Below are positions 29,988 through 39,971 of a DNA stretch of 64,000 nucleotides, one piece after another. The notes under the pieces were generated by a model, which worked only from the letters and a program-made list of their open reading frames with translations, was not told the DNA's origin and searched no databases. The number at the start of each line of letters is the position of its first letter. Within the stretch, counting starts at the first letter, position 1. This stretch comes from Nitrospirota bacterium (GTDB lineage Bacteria > UBA2233), in contig WOZJ01000050.1 of assembly GCA_011620345.1 (NCBI GenBank), positions 151,976-215,975 of the forward strand. Reading direction: 5' to 3'. The position numbers and the translations under genes are program-made.

Positions 29988-31233
29988 AACATCACCCACC
30001 AAGGAGTACGGAAAGACCATGGGAAAGGCGAAATTTGAGCGCACCAAGCCCCATCTAAACGTAGGCACGATCGGGCACGTCGACCACGGCAAGACAACGC
30101 TCACCGCGGCGATTACGAAGGTGCTGGCCAAGAAGGGGTTGGCCGAGTACGTCCCGTTTGATTCGATCGACAAAGCGCCAGAGGAGAAAGCCAGGGGCAT
30201 CACGATCGCCACGGCCCACGTCGAGTACCAGTCGCTAAAGCGCCACTACGCGCACGTCGACTGCCCTGGCCATGCAGACTACGTCAAGAACATGATCACC
30301 GGTGCCGCCCAGATGGACGGGGCTGTCGTGGTCGTCTCGGCCGCCGACGGGCCAATGCCACAGACAAGAGAGCACATCCTCCTGGCCCGTCAGGTGGGCG
30401 TCCCTTATATTGTCGTTTTTATGAACAAGGTGGACATGGTCGACGATCCCGAGCTTCTAGATTTGGTCGAGCTAGAGGTAAGAGAGCTTCTGTCCGAATA
30501 CCAGTTCCCGGGGGATGAGATTCCAGTGGTCCGTGGCAGCGCGCTCAAGGCCCTCAACGAGGGCACAGGCGAGCGGGACGACCCTAACTCCAAGCCCATC
30601 TGGGAGCTTCTGGACGCCCTGGATGCCTACATCCCCGAGCCAAAGAGGGAAACCGACAAGCCTTTCTTAATGGCAATCGAGGATGTGTTTACGATCTCCG
30701 GCCGGGGGACGGTCGTAACCGGCAGGATAGAGCGGGGTATCGTGAAGGTAGGCGACGAAGTCGAGATCGTCGGGTTCCACCCGACCGTCAAGACGGTCGT
30801 TACGGGCGTAGAGATGTTCCGAAAGCTCTTAGACGAGGGGAGGGCGGGGGACAACGTCGGCTGCCTTCTTAGAGGCGTCAAGCGTGACGATGTGGAACGT
30901 GGTCAGGTTCTGGCCAAGCCGGGTTCAATCACTCCGCATACGGTGTTCAAGGCCGAGGTCTACGTCCTTAAGAAGGAAGAAGGAGGCAGGCATACCCCGT
31001 TCTTTACGGGATACCGTCCCCAGTTCTATTTTCGGACGACGGACGTTACCGGTGTGGTAAAACTCCAAGAGGGTGTCGAGATGATCATTCCAGGGGATAA
31101 CGCCAACCTCGAGGTCGAGTTGATCGCCCCGGTGGCTCTCGAAGAGCAGGTCCGCTTCGCCATCCGTGAAGGCGGAAGGACGGTAGGTGCCGGTGTTGTA
31201 ACCCAGGTCGTGAAATAAAGGAGCGGGGGGATG
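29988..31233 (+). repeat. Direct repeat copy 2 (tuf plus flanks), matches 13723-14968
   Basis: Identity from AACATCACCC through TAAAGGAGCGGGGGGATG. Confidence 0.93.
30019..31218 (+). CDS. tuf: Elongation factor Tu (copy 2)
   Basis: Protein identical to copy 1; follows fusA. Confidence 0.99.
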   Translation: MGKAKFERTKPHLNVGTIGHVDHGKTTLTAAITKVLAKKGLAEYVPFDSIDKAPEEKARGITIATAHVEYQSLKRHYAHVDCPGHADYVKNMITGAAQMDGAVVVVSAADGPMPQTREHILLARQVGVPYIVVFMNKVDMVDDPELLDLVELEVRELLSEYQFPGDEIPVVRGSALKALNEGTGERDDPNSKPIWELLDALDAYIPEPKRETDKPFLMAIEDVFTISGRGTVVTGRIERGIVKVGDEVEIVGFHPTVKTVVTGVEMFRKLLDEGRAGDNVGCLLRGVKRDDVERGQVLAKPGSITPHTVFKAEVYVLKKEEGGRHTPFFTGYRPQFYFRTTDVTGVVKLQEGVEMIIPGDNANLEVELIAPVALEEQVRFAIREGGRTVGAGVVTQVVK

Positions 31234-31542
31234 TTTTCTCAAAAAGTCCGGATTAAACTCAAAGGGTACGACTGCCGACTTTTGGATACGACTGTTTTGG
31301 ATATTATCGAGACAGCGAAACGTACAGGAGCGCGTGTTGCGGGCCCAATTCCTTTGCCGACAAGAATTGAAAGATTTACGGTAAACCGTGCGACTAACGT
31401 GGACAAGAAATCCAGAGAACAGTTCGAAATCCGGACGCACGCAAGGGTCATTGATATCATTGAACCTACTCAAACAACTGTGGACGAGCTGGGCAGGTTG
31501 GACATATCGGCAGGTATAGACGTTGAAATCAAGCTAACGTAA
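31231..31542 (+). CDS. rpsJ: 30S ribosomal protein S10
   Basis: [29 protein letters not shown]. Confidence 0.99.
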   Translation: MFSQKVRIKLKGYDCRLLDTTVLDIIETAKRTGARVAGPIPLPTRIERFTVNRATNVDKKSREQFEIRTHARVIDIIEPTQTTVDELGRLDISAGIDVEIKLT

Positions 31543-31551
31543 GGAACAGTC

Positions 31552-32196
31552 ATGCTTACGGCAATGATCGGAAGAAAGCTTGGCATGACCCAGGTTTTCC
31601 AAGAGAACGGAAAATGTATTCCTGTCACCGTTATAGAGGCGGGTCCTTGTACGGTTACACAGGTAAAAATGAAGGCGCACGACGGGTATGACGCCGTGCA
31701 GTTAGGTTATGGCCCTGTTTCAATCCAGCGTATGAAACGTCCCCTGAGGGGGCATTTAAGCAAGGCCAAGAAGGGCGGGTTTCGTTTTCTAAGGGAAGTC
31801 AAGATCCTGAATGACGCCTCTTCGGAGGGGGTGGAGCTCGGTTTGGAGGTTTGTGCCGATATTTTCTTGGACTCCAAGAAAATAGACGTGGTTGGGGTGT
31901 CAAAAGGAAAGGGCTTCCAGGGGGTTATGAAGCGGCATGGTTTCGCCGGCGGCGTGGCGACCCATGGGTCGATGTTCCATAGGGCTCCCGGCTCGATTGG
32001 TTCCGGTACGGATCCGGCTCGAGTATGGAAGGGGCAACGTCTTCCTGGTCGAACAGGAGGAGAGCGAATGACACAGCTTAACCTAGAAGTAATCAAGGTT
32101 GTTCCAGAAAAAAATATTCTCCTCGTCAAAGGGGCAGTTCCGGGCCCTTTAGGCGGCCTCCTTATGATCCGGAAGGCAATAAAAGGTGGAGCTTAA
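31552..32196 (+). CDS. rplC: 50S ribosomal protein L3
   Basis: GRKLGMTQVF, SKGKGFQGVMKRH, LLVKGAVPG. Confidence 0.99.
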   Translation: MLTAMIGRKLGMTQVFQENGKCIPVTVIEAGPCTVTQVKMKAHDGYDAVQLGYGPVSIQRMKRPLRGHLSKAKKGGFRFLREVKILNDASSEGVELGLEVCADIFLDSKKIDVVGVSKGKGFQGVMKRHGFAGGVATHGSMFHRAPGSIGSGTDPARVWKGQRLPGRTGGERMTQLNLEVIKVVPEKNILLVKGAVPGPLGGLLMIRKAIKGGA

Positions 32197-32848
32197 GCCC
32201 ATGGAGCTGGACGTTTTCGATATTCAGCGCAACAAGGTTGGGGAAGTGAGCCTTCCGGACGACTTTTTCCCAAAAGATTGGAAACCATGGCTTATTCAGG
32301 AGGTCATTAAAGAGCTAGCCCAGGGAAACCGTAGCGGAACTCGGAAAACGAAGTCGCGGGGCGAAGTCAGTGGAGGCGGGAAAAAGCCATGGAAACAAAA
32401 GGGCACAGGAAGAGCAAGACAGGGAAGCAACACGTCTCCCGTTTGGGCTAGAGGCGGGACTGCTCATGGGCCTAAGCCCAAAGAGTATTCCGCCCATGTC
32501 TCAAAAAAGAAGAAAATCGCGGCTTTAAGGCAAATATTAGGCTATAAGTACCGGGAGGGACAGCTATTCGTACTCGACCCCCCTGCATTGTCGGAGCCTA
32601 AAACAAGATTGTTTGCGAAAGATTTTGCATCCTTTCTCTCCCCCTATCGAACGGCTTTGTTCTTTGTGGACAAACAAGAAGACACCTTCTTCCGGGTTAC
32701 TAGGAACCTTCCTTGGACAAAGACTTTGGCTATCGAAGGGCTGAATGTGTACGATCTGGCAAAACACGATGTGGTTGTGTTCGCCAAAAAAACCTTTGAA
32801 GAACTCTTAGGGAAACATCGATGGACGGAAAGCTCTACGAAGTCATAA
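32186..32848 (+). CDS. rplD: 50S ribosomal protein L4
   Basis: EVSGGGKKPWKQKGTGRARQGS; start may be ATG 32201. Confidence 0.98.
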   Translation: MELKPMELDVFDIQRNKVGEVSLPDDFFPKDWKPWLIQEVIKELAQGNRSGTRKTKSRGEVSGGGKKPWKQKGTGRARQGSNTSPVWARGGTAHGPKPKEYSAHVSKKKKIAALRQILGYKYREGQLFVLDPPALSEPKTRLFAKDFASFLSPYRTALFFVDKQEDTFFRVTRNLPWTKTLAIEGLNVYDLAKHDVVVFAKKTFEELLGKHRWTESSTKS

Positions 32849-33141
32849 TTTCTCCTCATATCACGGAAAAGAGCGTGCAAATACCGCCCAACAGCAACCG
32901 GGTCGTTTTTCGTGTTCAGCCATGGGCTAGCAAGGGGCTCATAAAAGAGGCGATCGAGCGGTTGTTTAAGGTCAAAGTCGAACGAGTGCATGTGCTACAC
33001 GTCCAAGGAAAGGCAAGGAGGGCCGGCCTTCGCAAGGGGAAGGAGGCCGACTGGAAGAAGGCATATGTAACACTCAAGCAAGGTGAACAGGTAGAAGTAT
33101 TCCACGGGATGGTGGGAAAGGACGCTCGATATGCCTCTTAA
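32821..33141 (+). CDS. rplW: 50S ribosomal protein L23
   Basis: [25 protein letters not shown]. Confidence 0.97.
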   Translation: MDGKLYEVIISPHITEKSVQIPPNSNRVVFRVQPWASKGLIKEAIERLFKVKVERVHVLHVQGKARRAGLRKGKEADWKKAYVTLKQGEQVEVFHGMVGKDARYAS

Positions 33142-33952
33142 GCCGCACAAACCAACGTCTCCAGGCCTTAGACAGCGGGTTTCGCCTACGTACGAAGAAA
33201 TCACCAGACAGGAGCCGGAGAAGGGGCTGGTTGAAATTCTAAAGCGTAAGGCTGGCCGTAATAACCAAGGGCGGATCACCGCATGGTGTCGCGGCGGAGG
33301 GTCCAAGCAGTACTACAGGATTATTGACTTTCGTAGGAACAAGCGCGATGTGTCGGCTAGGGTTATCCATATCGAGTACGACCCAAACCGTACATGCAGG
33401 ATTGCGCTGCTTTTGTACAAAGATGGCGAGCGAAGGTATATTTTAGCCCCTTCCGGGCTAAAGGTCGACGATGAAGTAATGGCTGCTGTCAGCGCTGACA
33501 TTCGCCCCGGCAACGCTCTTCCGCTTAGGGCGATCCCTACAGGAACGCAAATTCACAATATTGAACTCAAGCAAGGAAAGGGTGGCCAGCTTGTCCGAGC
33601 GGCAGGAGCAGCGGCTGAGCTGCTAAACAAGGTTGACTCCTACGCCCACGTCAAGCTCCCCTCCGGAGAGGTCCGGCTGATTCACCTTGACTGTTATGCA
33701 TCTATCGGCCAAGTAGGAAATATTGAGCATGCCACAGAAGCCCTAGGAAAAGCCGGGGCAACCATGCACAGGGGTCGAAGGCCAAGCGTAAGGGGCGTGG
33801 CCATGAACCCGGTTGACCACCCTCTTGGCGGCGGTGAAGGGAAGAGCTCTGGCGGGAGACACCCTACCACCCCCTGGGGAAAGCCGACAAAGGGGTACAA
33901 AACAAGGAAGCGCAAAGACACAGACAAATTTATTGTAAAGCGCAGGAAGTAA
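33131..33952 (+). CDS. rplB: 50S ribosomal protein L2
   Basis: [33 protein letters not shown]. Confidence 0.99.
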   Translation: MPLKPHKPTSPGLRQRVSPTYEEITRQEPEKGLVEILKRKAGRNNQGRITAWCRGGGSKQYYRIIDFRRNKRDVSARVIHIEYDPNRTCRIALLLYKDGERRYILAPSGLKVDDEVMAAVSADIRPGNALPLRAIPTGTQIHNIELKQGKGGQLVRAAGAAAELLNKVDSYAHVKLPSGEVRLIHLDCYASIGQVGNIEHATEALGKAGATMHRGRRPSVRGVAMNPVDHPLGGGEGKSSGGRHPTTPWGKPTKGYKTRKRKDTDKFIVKRRK

Positions 33953-33955
33953 TGT

Positions 33956-34243
33956 ATGGGAAGATCGCTTAAAAAAGGGCCTTTTGTAGATGGACATCTT
34001 CTTGAGAAGGCCATGCGTGCGGTAGAGACGAAAGACAAGAAGGTGATCAAAACATGGTCACGCAGGTCAATGGTGCTCCCTGAATTTATCGGGCTTACGT
34101 TTGCCGTCCATAACGGCAAAAAATTCATTCCTGTGTATGTTACGGAGAATATGGTGGGCCACAGGTTGGGAGAGTTCTCCCCGACGCGGACCTTTACACA
34201 GCACTCTGGAGATCGGAAGGCCAAAGTTGCACGCGGGAAATAA
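33956..34243 (+). CDS. rpsS: 30S ribosomal protein S19
   Basis: [30 protein letters not shown]. Confidence 0.99.
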   Translation: MGRSLKKGPFVDGHLLEKAMRAVETKDKKVIKTWSRRSMVLPEFIGLTFAVHNGKKFIPVYVTENMVGHRLGEFSPTRTFTQHSGDRKAKVARGK

Positions 34244-34266
34244 AAAAAGAGACGAGGAGAGAGGTT

Positions 34267-34599
34267 GTGGCTGCTTACGCCCTCCTAAGGTATGCGAGGG
34301 TTTCGCCGAGGAAGGCCAGGCTTGTTGCGGAGGCCATCGAGGGGAGGCGAGCCGAGTATGCGGTTGCGTTGCTCGAGAACATCCCCCAAAAGGCCGCGAC
34401 AATCATGCGGAAAGTACTCAGGTCGGCAATATTTAACGCGACCCAGGATGTTAGCGTTGACGTTGACAATCTGGTCGTAAGTCAGGTGCGGGTGGATAGC
34501 GGGCCCATGTCGAAGCGGTTCAGGCCGATGTCGATGGGAAGGGCTGGAAAGATTCGGAAGAGGACATCTCACATTCGAGTGGAGCTTGCAGAGAGGTAA
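34267..34599 (+). CDS. rplV: 50S ribosomal protein L22
   Basis: [19 protein letters not shown]; GTG start after GAGG. Confidence 0.98.
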   Translation: MAAYALLRYARVSPRKARLVAEAIEGRRAEYAVALLENIPQKAATIMRKVLRSAIFNATQDVSVDVDNLVVSQVRVDSGPMSKRFRPMSMGRAGKIRKRTSHIRVELAER

Positions 34600-34604
34600 G
34601 GGAC

Positions 34605-35261
34605 ATGGGACATAAGATTCATCCAAGAGGGCTTCGGATTGGGATCTTGGAAACGTGGGATTCCAGATGGTTTATGCAGACGAACTATGCGCAGACGCTT
34701 GATGAGGACAACCGCATCCGGAGGTATTTAAAAGAAAGGCTCTATACCTCTGGGGTGAGCAGAATACTCATCGAAAGGCGCGGAAACCGCCTCTGGATTA
34801 CTATTCTTAGCGCTAGACCTGGCTTAATTATAGGGAAAAAAGGTCAGGAAGTCGAAAGATTAAGGGAAGAGCTGCGGATGTATACGGACAAAGAGTCTCA
34901 TCTGAATATCCAAGAGGTGAAGCGGCCTGAGACAGATGCGCAGCTAATCGCAGAAAACGTGGCCTTGCAGCTTGAACGCCGAGTGTCTTACCGTAGGGCC
35001 ATGAAGAGGGCTATGGCCAACGCCATGCGGTTTGGGGCGCAAGGATGCAAAATTGCATGCGCAGGAAGGCTTCAGGGGGCGGAAATAGCCCGTACGGAAT
35101 GGTATAAAGAAGGCCGAATTCCCCTTCAGACCTTAAGAGCCTCGATTGGCTATGGCTTTGCGGAATCAAAGACGAAATACGGGGTGATCGGGGTCAAGGT
35201 ATGGATATTTAAAGGAGAAGTGTTGGAACAGCCCATTATGAGGGGGGAGGTCCATGCTTAG
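34605..35261 (+). CDS. rpsC: 30S ribosomal protein S3
   Basis: [29 protein letters not shown]. Confidence 0.99.
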   Translation: MGHKIHPRGLRIGILETWDSRWFMQTNYAQTLDEDNRIRRYLKERLYTSGVSRILIERRGNRLWITILSARPGLIIGKKGQEVERLREELRMYTDKESHLNIQEVKRPETDAQLIAENVALQLERRVSYRRAMKRAMANAMRFGAQGCKIACAGRLQGAEIARTEWYKEGRIPLQTLRASIGYGFAESKTKYGVIGVKVWIFKGEVLEQPIMRGEVHA

Positions 35262-35667
35262 CCCTAGTAAGGTCAAGTATAGGAAGCAGCAGCGCGGGCG
35301 GATGAAGGGGTTTGCCACTCGCGGCAATTGGCTTGCCTTTGGCGATTATGGTGTCCAGGCAATGGAGTGCTGCTGGCTGACAGCTAGACAGATTGAAGCC
35401 GCTCGAATCGCTATTACACGCCACCTTAAGCGTGGCGGCAAGGTGTGGATTCGGGTATTTCCGGACAAGCCTGTCAGCAAAAAGCCTGCTGAAACACGAA
35501 TGGGGAAAGGGAAGAGTGCCCCGGAGTTCTGGGTTGCGGTCGTCAAGCCTGGGCGCATTCTCTATGAAGTTACGGGAACCGATGCAGAGTTGGCCAAGGA
35601 AGCGGTACGGTTGGCTAGCCACAAGCTGCCGATCAAGACTCGGTTTGTAATGCGTGAGGCGGTATAG
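35254..35667 (+). CDS. rplP: 50S ribosomal protein L16
   Basis: [24 protein letters not shown]. Confidence 0.99.
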   Translation: MLSPSKVKYRKQQRGRMKGFATRGNWLAFGDYGVQAMECCWLTARQIEAARIAITRHLKRGGKVWIRVFPDKPVSKKPAETRMGKGKSAPEFWVAVVKPGRILYEVTGTDAELAKEAVRLASHKLPIKTRFVMREAV

Positions 35668-35669
35668 CA

Positions 35670-35873
35670 ATGGAAAATGCAGGAATTTTGCGTGAAAAAT
35701 CAAAAGAGGCGCTGGTCAAGGTGCTTGACGAAGCCAGGGAAAACCTTTTTCGATTGAGAATGCAAAAAGCAATTGGGCAGCTGGAAAATACGGCTCAGCT
35801 CAAGAGCACGCGCAGACAGATTGCCAGGATTCTGACCGTAATTGCACAAAAGGACGAGGTCCATGGGAATTAA
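35670..35873 (+). CDS. rpmC: 50S ribosomal protein L29
   Basis: LFRLRMQ...[15 protein letters not shown]. Confidence 0.96.
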   Translation: MENAGILREKSKEALVKVLDEARENLFRLRMQKAIGQLENTAQLKSTRRQIARILTVIAQKDEVHGN

Positions 35874-36159
35874 AGAACGCGGACAACCCAAGAGGCTGAT
35901 AGGAACCGTCGTAAGCGCTAAGATGGATAAGACTCGGTCTGTTGTGGTCGAGCACCACAAAAAAGATCCGCTATACGGCAAATATATTAGAATAAAGCGG
36001 AAAATTATGGCGCACGACTCCAACAGTCTAACGCATGAGGGAGATCGGGTTGAGATTGTCGCGTGCCGGCCTATAAGTAAGGCAAAGTGCTGGCGCGTGA
36101 CCCGTGTCCTGCGCTTAGTCATTGCTGAACCCGCGCAACAGGAGGGGCAGGTCGAATGA
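35863..36159 (+). CDS. rpsQ: 30S ribosomal protein S17
   Basis: [22 protein letters not shown]; ATG 35863 after GAGG. Confidence 0.97.
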   Translation: MGIKERGQPKRLIGTVVSAKMDKTRSVVVEHHKKDPLYGKYIRIKRKIMAHDSNSLTHEGDRVEIVACRPISKAKCWRVTRVLRLVIAEPAQQEGQVE

Positions 36160-36524
36160 TCCAGATGCAAACTCTTCTGGAAGCCGCCGACAATTCGGGG
36201 GCCAAGAAGCTTTACTGTATCCATGTCCACGGGGGCTCCAGCAGGCGTTATGCTTCTTTAGGGGACCTTATTACCGTTTCTGTTAAGGAAGCAATCCCAA
36301 ACGGGAAGGTAAAAAAAGGAGACGTACTTAGAGCCGTGGTGGTTCGGTGCAAGAAGGAGGTCCGGAGAGAGGATGGTAGCTATGTCCGATTTGACCACAA
36401 TGCTGCCGTACTCGTAAACAAGCAGAACGAACCGATCGGAACCCGTATCTTTGGCCCGGTTGGCAGAGAGCTTCGAGCTAGGCGCTTTATGAAAGTCATT
36501 TCCTTGGCCCCTGAGGTGGTATAA
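36156..36524 (+). CDS. rplN: 50S ribosomal protein L14
   Basis: [25 protein letters not shown]. Confidence 0.99.
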   Translation: MIQMQTLLEAADNSGAKKLYCIHVHGGSSRRYASLGDLITVSVKEAIPNGKVKKGDVLRAVVVRCKKEVRREDGSYVRFDHNAAVLVNKQNEPIGTRIFGPVGRELRARRFMKVISLAPEVV

Positions 36525-36525
36525 A

Positions 36526-36837
36526 ATGCTTGAGATCAAAAAGAACGATGCCGTAGTGGTCGTTGCTGGCAAGGAAAAAGGCAAGCGAGGAAAAGTGTTA
36601 AGTCTCTCGAGGGAGAAGGGTCGTGTTTTGGTAGAGGGATTAAACAAGATCAAGAAGCATGCAAAGCCCTCAAAGAGCTTTCCAGAGGGCGGCATTATAG
36701 AAAAAGAGGGCTCATTGTCGATTTCTAACGTGATGCTCGTCTGCCAACACTGCGACAAAGGGGTGCGGTATCGCTCGACAATGACCGAGGACGGAAGGAA
36801 AGTGAGAACGTGCGTGCATTGTGGCAACGTACTCTAA
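36526..36837 (+). CDS. rplX: 50S ribosomal protein L24
   Basis: [13 protein letters not shown] motif, GGIIEKE, ISNV; two CxxC. Confidence 0.98.
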   Translation: MLEIKKNDAVVVVAGKEKGKRGKVLSLSREKGRVLVEGLNKIKKHAKPSKSFPEGGIIEKEGSLSISNVMLVCQHCDKGVRYRSTMTEDGRKVRTCVHCGNVL

Positions 36838-36868
36838 CGCTCAAAACCACAGAGGATGCATAACGTAG

Positions 36869-37411
36869 ATGGCTACGCTGAAGGAAAAATACATCGAAGA
36901 AATTCTTCCAAGACTCCTTAAAGAGTCTGGCTTCAAGAATCCGATGGAAGCCCCAAAATTGAGTAAGGTTACGATCAACATGGGGCTTGGGGAGGCGGTT
37001 CAAGACCCAAAGCTTATCGCCCAATGTCAAGAGGATGTGGCTGCAATTACAGGCCAAAAGGCCGTCGCCACGCGTGCCAAGAAGTCGATTGCAAATTTTA
37101 AACTGCGGCAAGGTCTTCCTATTGGGGTGAGAGTAACGCTTCGACGGGACAGGATGTATGATTTTGTTGAGCGTCTCGTTTCTATCGCTATCCCCAGAAT
37201 AAAAGACTTTCGTGGAATTTCGCCAAGGGGGTTTGACGGGCACGGGAACTATACGCTAGGCCTAAAAGATCAGATGCTTTTCCCTGAAATTGAGTACGAC
37301 CAGGTCTACAAGCCTAAAGGAATGAACATTACGTTCGTAACTACAGCCAAAACGGATTCACATGCCAGGATGCTGTTGGAACAGCTTGGCCTACCGTTCC
37401 GGAAGGGGTAA
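36869..37411 (+). CDS. rplE: 50S ribosomal protein L5
   Basis: [29 protein letters not shown]. Confidence 0.99.
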   Translation: MATLKEKYIEEILPRLLKESGFKNPMEAPKLSKVTINMGLGEAVQDPKLIAQCQEDVAAITGQKAVATRAKKSIANFKLRQGLPIGVRVTLRRDRMYDFVERLVSIAIPRIKDFRGISPRGFDGHGNYTLGLKDQMLFPEIEYDQVYKPKGMNITFVTTAKTDSHARMLLEQLGLPFRKG

Positions 37412-37418
37412 GGAAATC

Positions 37419-37604
37419 ATGGCAAGGAAGTGTCTTATTGTTAAAAGCCGAAGACCGGCCAAGTATCACGTCCAACAACGGAATAGGTGCAACCTTTGTG
37501 GTAGGCCTAGAGGATATTACAGGAAGTTTGGCTTGTGTCGGATCTGCCTGCGTACGCTTGCCCATAAAGGGGAGCTGCCAGGGGTTCAAAAAGCCAGCTG
37601 GTAG
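37419..37604 (+). CDS. rpsZ: 30S ribosomal protein S14 type Z (61 aa, Zn-binding)
   Basis: [29 protein letters not shown]; ATG 37419. Confidence 0.98.
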   Translation: MARKCLIVKSRRPAKYHVQQRNRCNLCGRPRGYYRKFGLCRICLRTLAHKGELPGVQKASW

Positions 37605-37615
37605 GGGAGACAAGT

Positions 37616-38014
37616 ATGGTCACAGATCCTTTGGGAGATTTGCTTATCCGGCTTAAGAACGCCCAAGCTGTCCGGAAAGAAGTTGTCAGGATGCCTTCCT
37701 CAAGGTTGAAGGTAGAAGTGCTTGGTGTCCTTAAGGAGGAAGGGTTCATCCAGGAGGTTGAGCCGATCGAGGAAAAAGTCCAGTCTCTTCTTGAGGTAAG
37801 CCTCAGGTTTCTTAACAGGTTTCGCGGGGCAATTCAAGGTGCAACGAGAGTCAGCAAGCCGGGGCGCCGGGTGTACATGGGTGCCGAAGAGCTTAAGAAA
37901 TGGATAGGGAAACGTTCCGGCGTCTGGGTCCTGTCCACTTCAAAGGGTATTATGACCCATAATCGGGCGCTTGAACAGAAAGTGGGAGGCGAAGTCCTCC
38001 TGCATATCTGGTAG
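37616..38014 (+). CDS. rpsH: 30S ribosomal protein S8
   Basis: DP..D.L.R.KNA, RVSKPGRRVY, STSKGIM, GGEVL. Confidence 0.98.
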   Translation: MVTDPLGDLLIRLKNAQAVRKEVVRMPSSRLKVEVLGVLKEEGFIQEVEPIEEKVQSLLEVSLRFLNRFRGAIQGATRVSKPGRRVYMGAEELKKWIGKRSGVWVLSTSKGIMTHNRALEQKVGGEVLLHIW

Positions 38015-38038
38015 CGGCCAAAAACGCGGAGTGCGATT

Positions 38039-38584
38039 ATGTCACGAATCGGGAAAAACCCCATCCTTTTGCCAGAGGGGGTAAGGGCCGAAATCATGGA
38101 TGGCGGCATGGTGCGCGTAGCCGGTCCGAAAGGTGCTCTCACGCATAAATTGCATGAAGGCATCGCTGCTAAGCTTGTTGGGGGCACCCTTCAGGTATTT
38201 CCTACACAAGAGAGCCGAAAACACAGGGCTCTATGGGGGCTCAACAGGACCCTTGTGGCCAATATGGTGGAAGGGGTGCACCGAGGGTTTCGGAAAGGCT
38301 TGGAGATTGTGGGTGTGGGGTATCGGGCTGAGATGCGTGAGGATGGTCTACACGTTAACGTCGGCTATTCGCACCCTGTCGTTTTCAGGCTACCAGATGG
38401 GGTGCGGGCAAGTGTAGAGCGGCAGGTCTATATCTCCCTTGAAGGGATCGACAAGTATCTCGTAGGGGAGACTGCTGCTCGAATTCGGAGGGTTCGTCCC
38501 CCCGATTCCTACAAAGGAAAGGGTATTCGCTATCAAGGAGAGGTGCTGAAGCTTAAGGAAAGCAAGAAATCTGCCAAGAAGTAA
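38039..38584 (+). CDS. rplF: 50S ribosomal protein L6
   Basis: MSRIGK.P, GVGYRA, GYSHPV, YKGKGIRY. Confidence 0.99.
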   Translation: MSRIGKNPILLPEGVRAEIMDGGMVRVAGPKGALTHKLHEGIAAKLVGGTLQVFPTQESRKHRALWGLNRTLVANMVEGVHRGFRKGLEIVGVGYRAEMREDGLHVNVGYSHPVVFRLPDGVRASVERQVYISLEGIDKYLVGETAARIRRVRPPDSYKGKGIRYQGEVLKLKESKKSAKK

Positions 38585-38596
38585 CAAGGAGAGACC

Positions 38597-38968
38597 GTGG
38601 CGGACATTGTAGGGAAAGAGGCATGGCTCAAAAGGAAGCGGCGCATACGGAAGAAAATATCCGGCTCGTCTGATCGGCCTCGCGTGAGCGTGTTCCGTAG
38701 CAGACGTAATTTTAGCGCGCAGGCGATCGACGATGGTTGTGGGGCCACCCTAGCGAGCATTTCTACGGAAAGCCTGCATGTAAAAGAAGGCCTGAAAATG
38801 GAGGGGAACGTCTTGGTAGAAAATGCGAAGGCCTTGGGTGTTCAGTTTGCCAAGATTCTTCAGGAAAAAGGTATATCGATGATTGTTTTTGATAGGAACG
38901 GCTATGCCTTCCATGGTCTGGTCAGGGCCTTCGCCGAGGGCGCGCGCGAAGGCGGGGTTCTCTTTTAA
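38597..38968 (+). CDS. rplR: 50S ribosomal protein L18
   Basis: [24 protein letters not shown]. Confidence 0.98.
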   Translation: MADIVGKEAWLKRKRRIRKKISGSSDRPRVSVFRSRRNFSAQAIDDGCGATLASISTESLHVKEGLKMEGNVLVENAKALGVQFAKILQEKGISMIVFDRNGYAFHGLVRAFAEGAREGGVLF

Positions 38969-39489
38969 TGAGACAGGGTAGCATGCGAGATGGTTCGCCA
39001 AAAAGGGGGCGCAAGGAATCGCCGGCAGATGAGTTCAGCGAACGCGTTTTGACGATCAACCGGGTAGCCAAAGTGGTGGCCGGGGGCAAGAGGTTTAGCT
39101 TTAGTTCCCTCGTGGTCGTGGGAAACGGCCAAGGGTTTGTAGGGGTAGGCCTTGGAAAAGCCAAAGAAGTTCCCGAATCAATCCGAAAAGCCATGTCACG
39201 GGCGAAAAAGAAGTTGCTCGCCGTTGAGCTTGTCGGAGAGGGAACGATTGCGCATGAGGCGATAGGATGTTTCGGAGCCTCTCAGGTAATCCTTAAGCCA
39301 GCGTCGCCCGGAACTGGCGTGATCGCCGGTGGTGCTGTCCGGGCAATTCTTGAGGCCCTTGGAGTACGGAATGTGTTGACAAAATCCTTGGGGTCCAACA
39401 ATCCGCACAACCTTTCCAGAGCGACGCTTGATGCCCTTGAGCAAATCATGGAGCAATCACGTTCCCAGCGGTCCAGAAAGACGGCGTAA
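38968..39489 (+). CDS. rpsE: 30S ribosomal protein S5
   Basis: [35 protein letters not shown]. Confidence 0.99.
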   Translation: MRQGSMRDGSPKRGRKESPADEFSERVLTINRVAKVVAGGKRFSFSSLVVVGNGQGFVGVGLGKAKEVPESIRKAMSRAKKKLLAVELVGEGTIAHEAIGCFGASQVILKPASPGTGVIAGGAVRAILEALGVRNVLTKSLGSNNPHNLSRATLDALEQIMEQSRSQRSRKTA

Positions 39490-39521
39490 ACGTTCAAGAT
39501 CAAGCAAAGAAGGAACAGAGC

Positions 39522-39971
39522 ATGCCTATTTTAGCATCCTTGGTTAGCCCTAGGGGGGCGAAACGTCGCAAAAAGCGGCTGGGAAGCGGACCTGGCTCCG
39601 GCCACGGAAAGACGGCAACACGAGGGACCAAGGGAGCAAAGGCACGGTCGGGTGTTGAAACCTCTCCCGGATTTGAAGGAGGGCAGATGTCGTTCAAGAG
39701 GCGTATCCCTAAAAGGGGGTTTACCAACCCTTCTAGGAGGGACTATGCCGTCTTGAATCTCTTGCAGGTATCCAGAATTGAGGGCAGGAACGAGTTGGAT
39801 GAGGCATTCTTGTTCGCCTACTTTCGTATCCCTAAGCACTTTTCGGGGATTAAGCTGCTCGCCCAAGGAAGCGCAACCAGGCCCATTACTATTCGAGTCT
39901 CAAAAGCATCCAAAACAGCTGTAGCCAAGGTAGAGCAGGCGGGCGGAAAGGTCGAGTTCATCAGTGCTTAG
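39522..39971 (+). CDS. rplO: 50S ribosomal protein L15
   Basis: GSGHGKT.TRG.KG, GFEGGQM, RIPKRGF. Confidence 0.99.
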   Translation: MPILASLVSPRGAKRRKKRLGSGPGSGHGKTATRGTKGAKARSGVETSPGFEGGQMSFKRRIPKRGFTNPSRRDYAVLNLLQVSRIEGRNELDEAFLFAYFRIPKHFSGIKLLAQGSATRPITIRVSKASKTAVAKVEQAGGKVEFISA

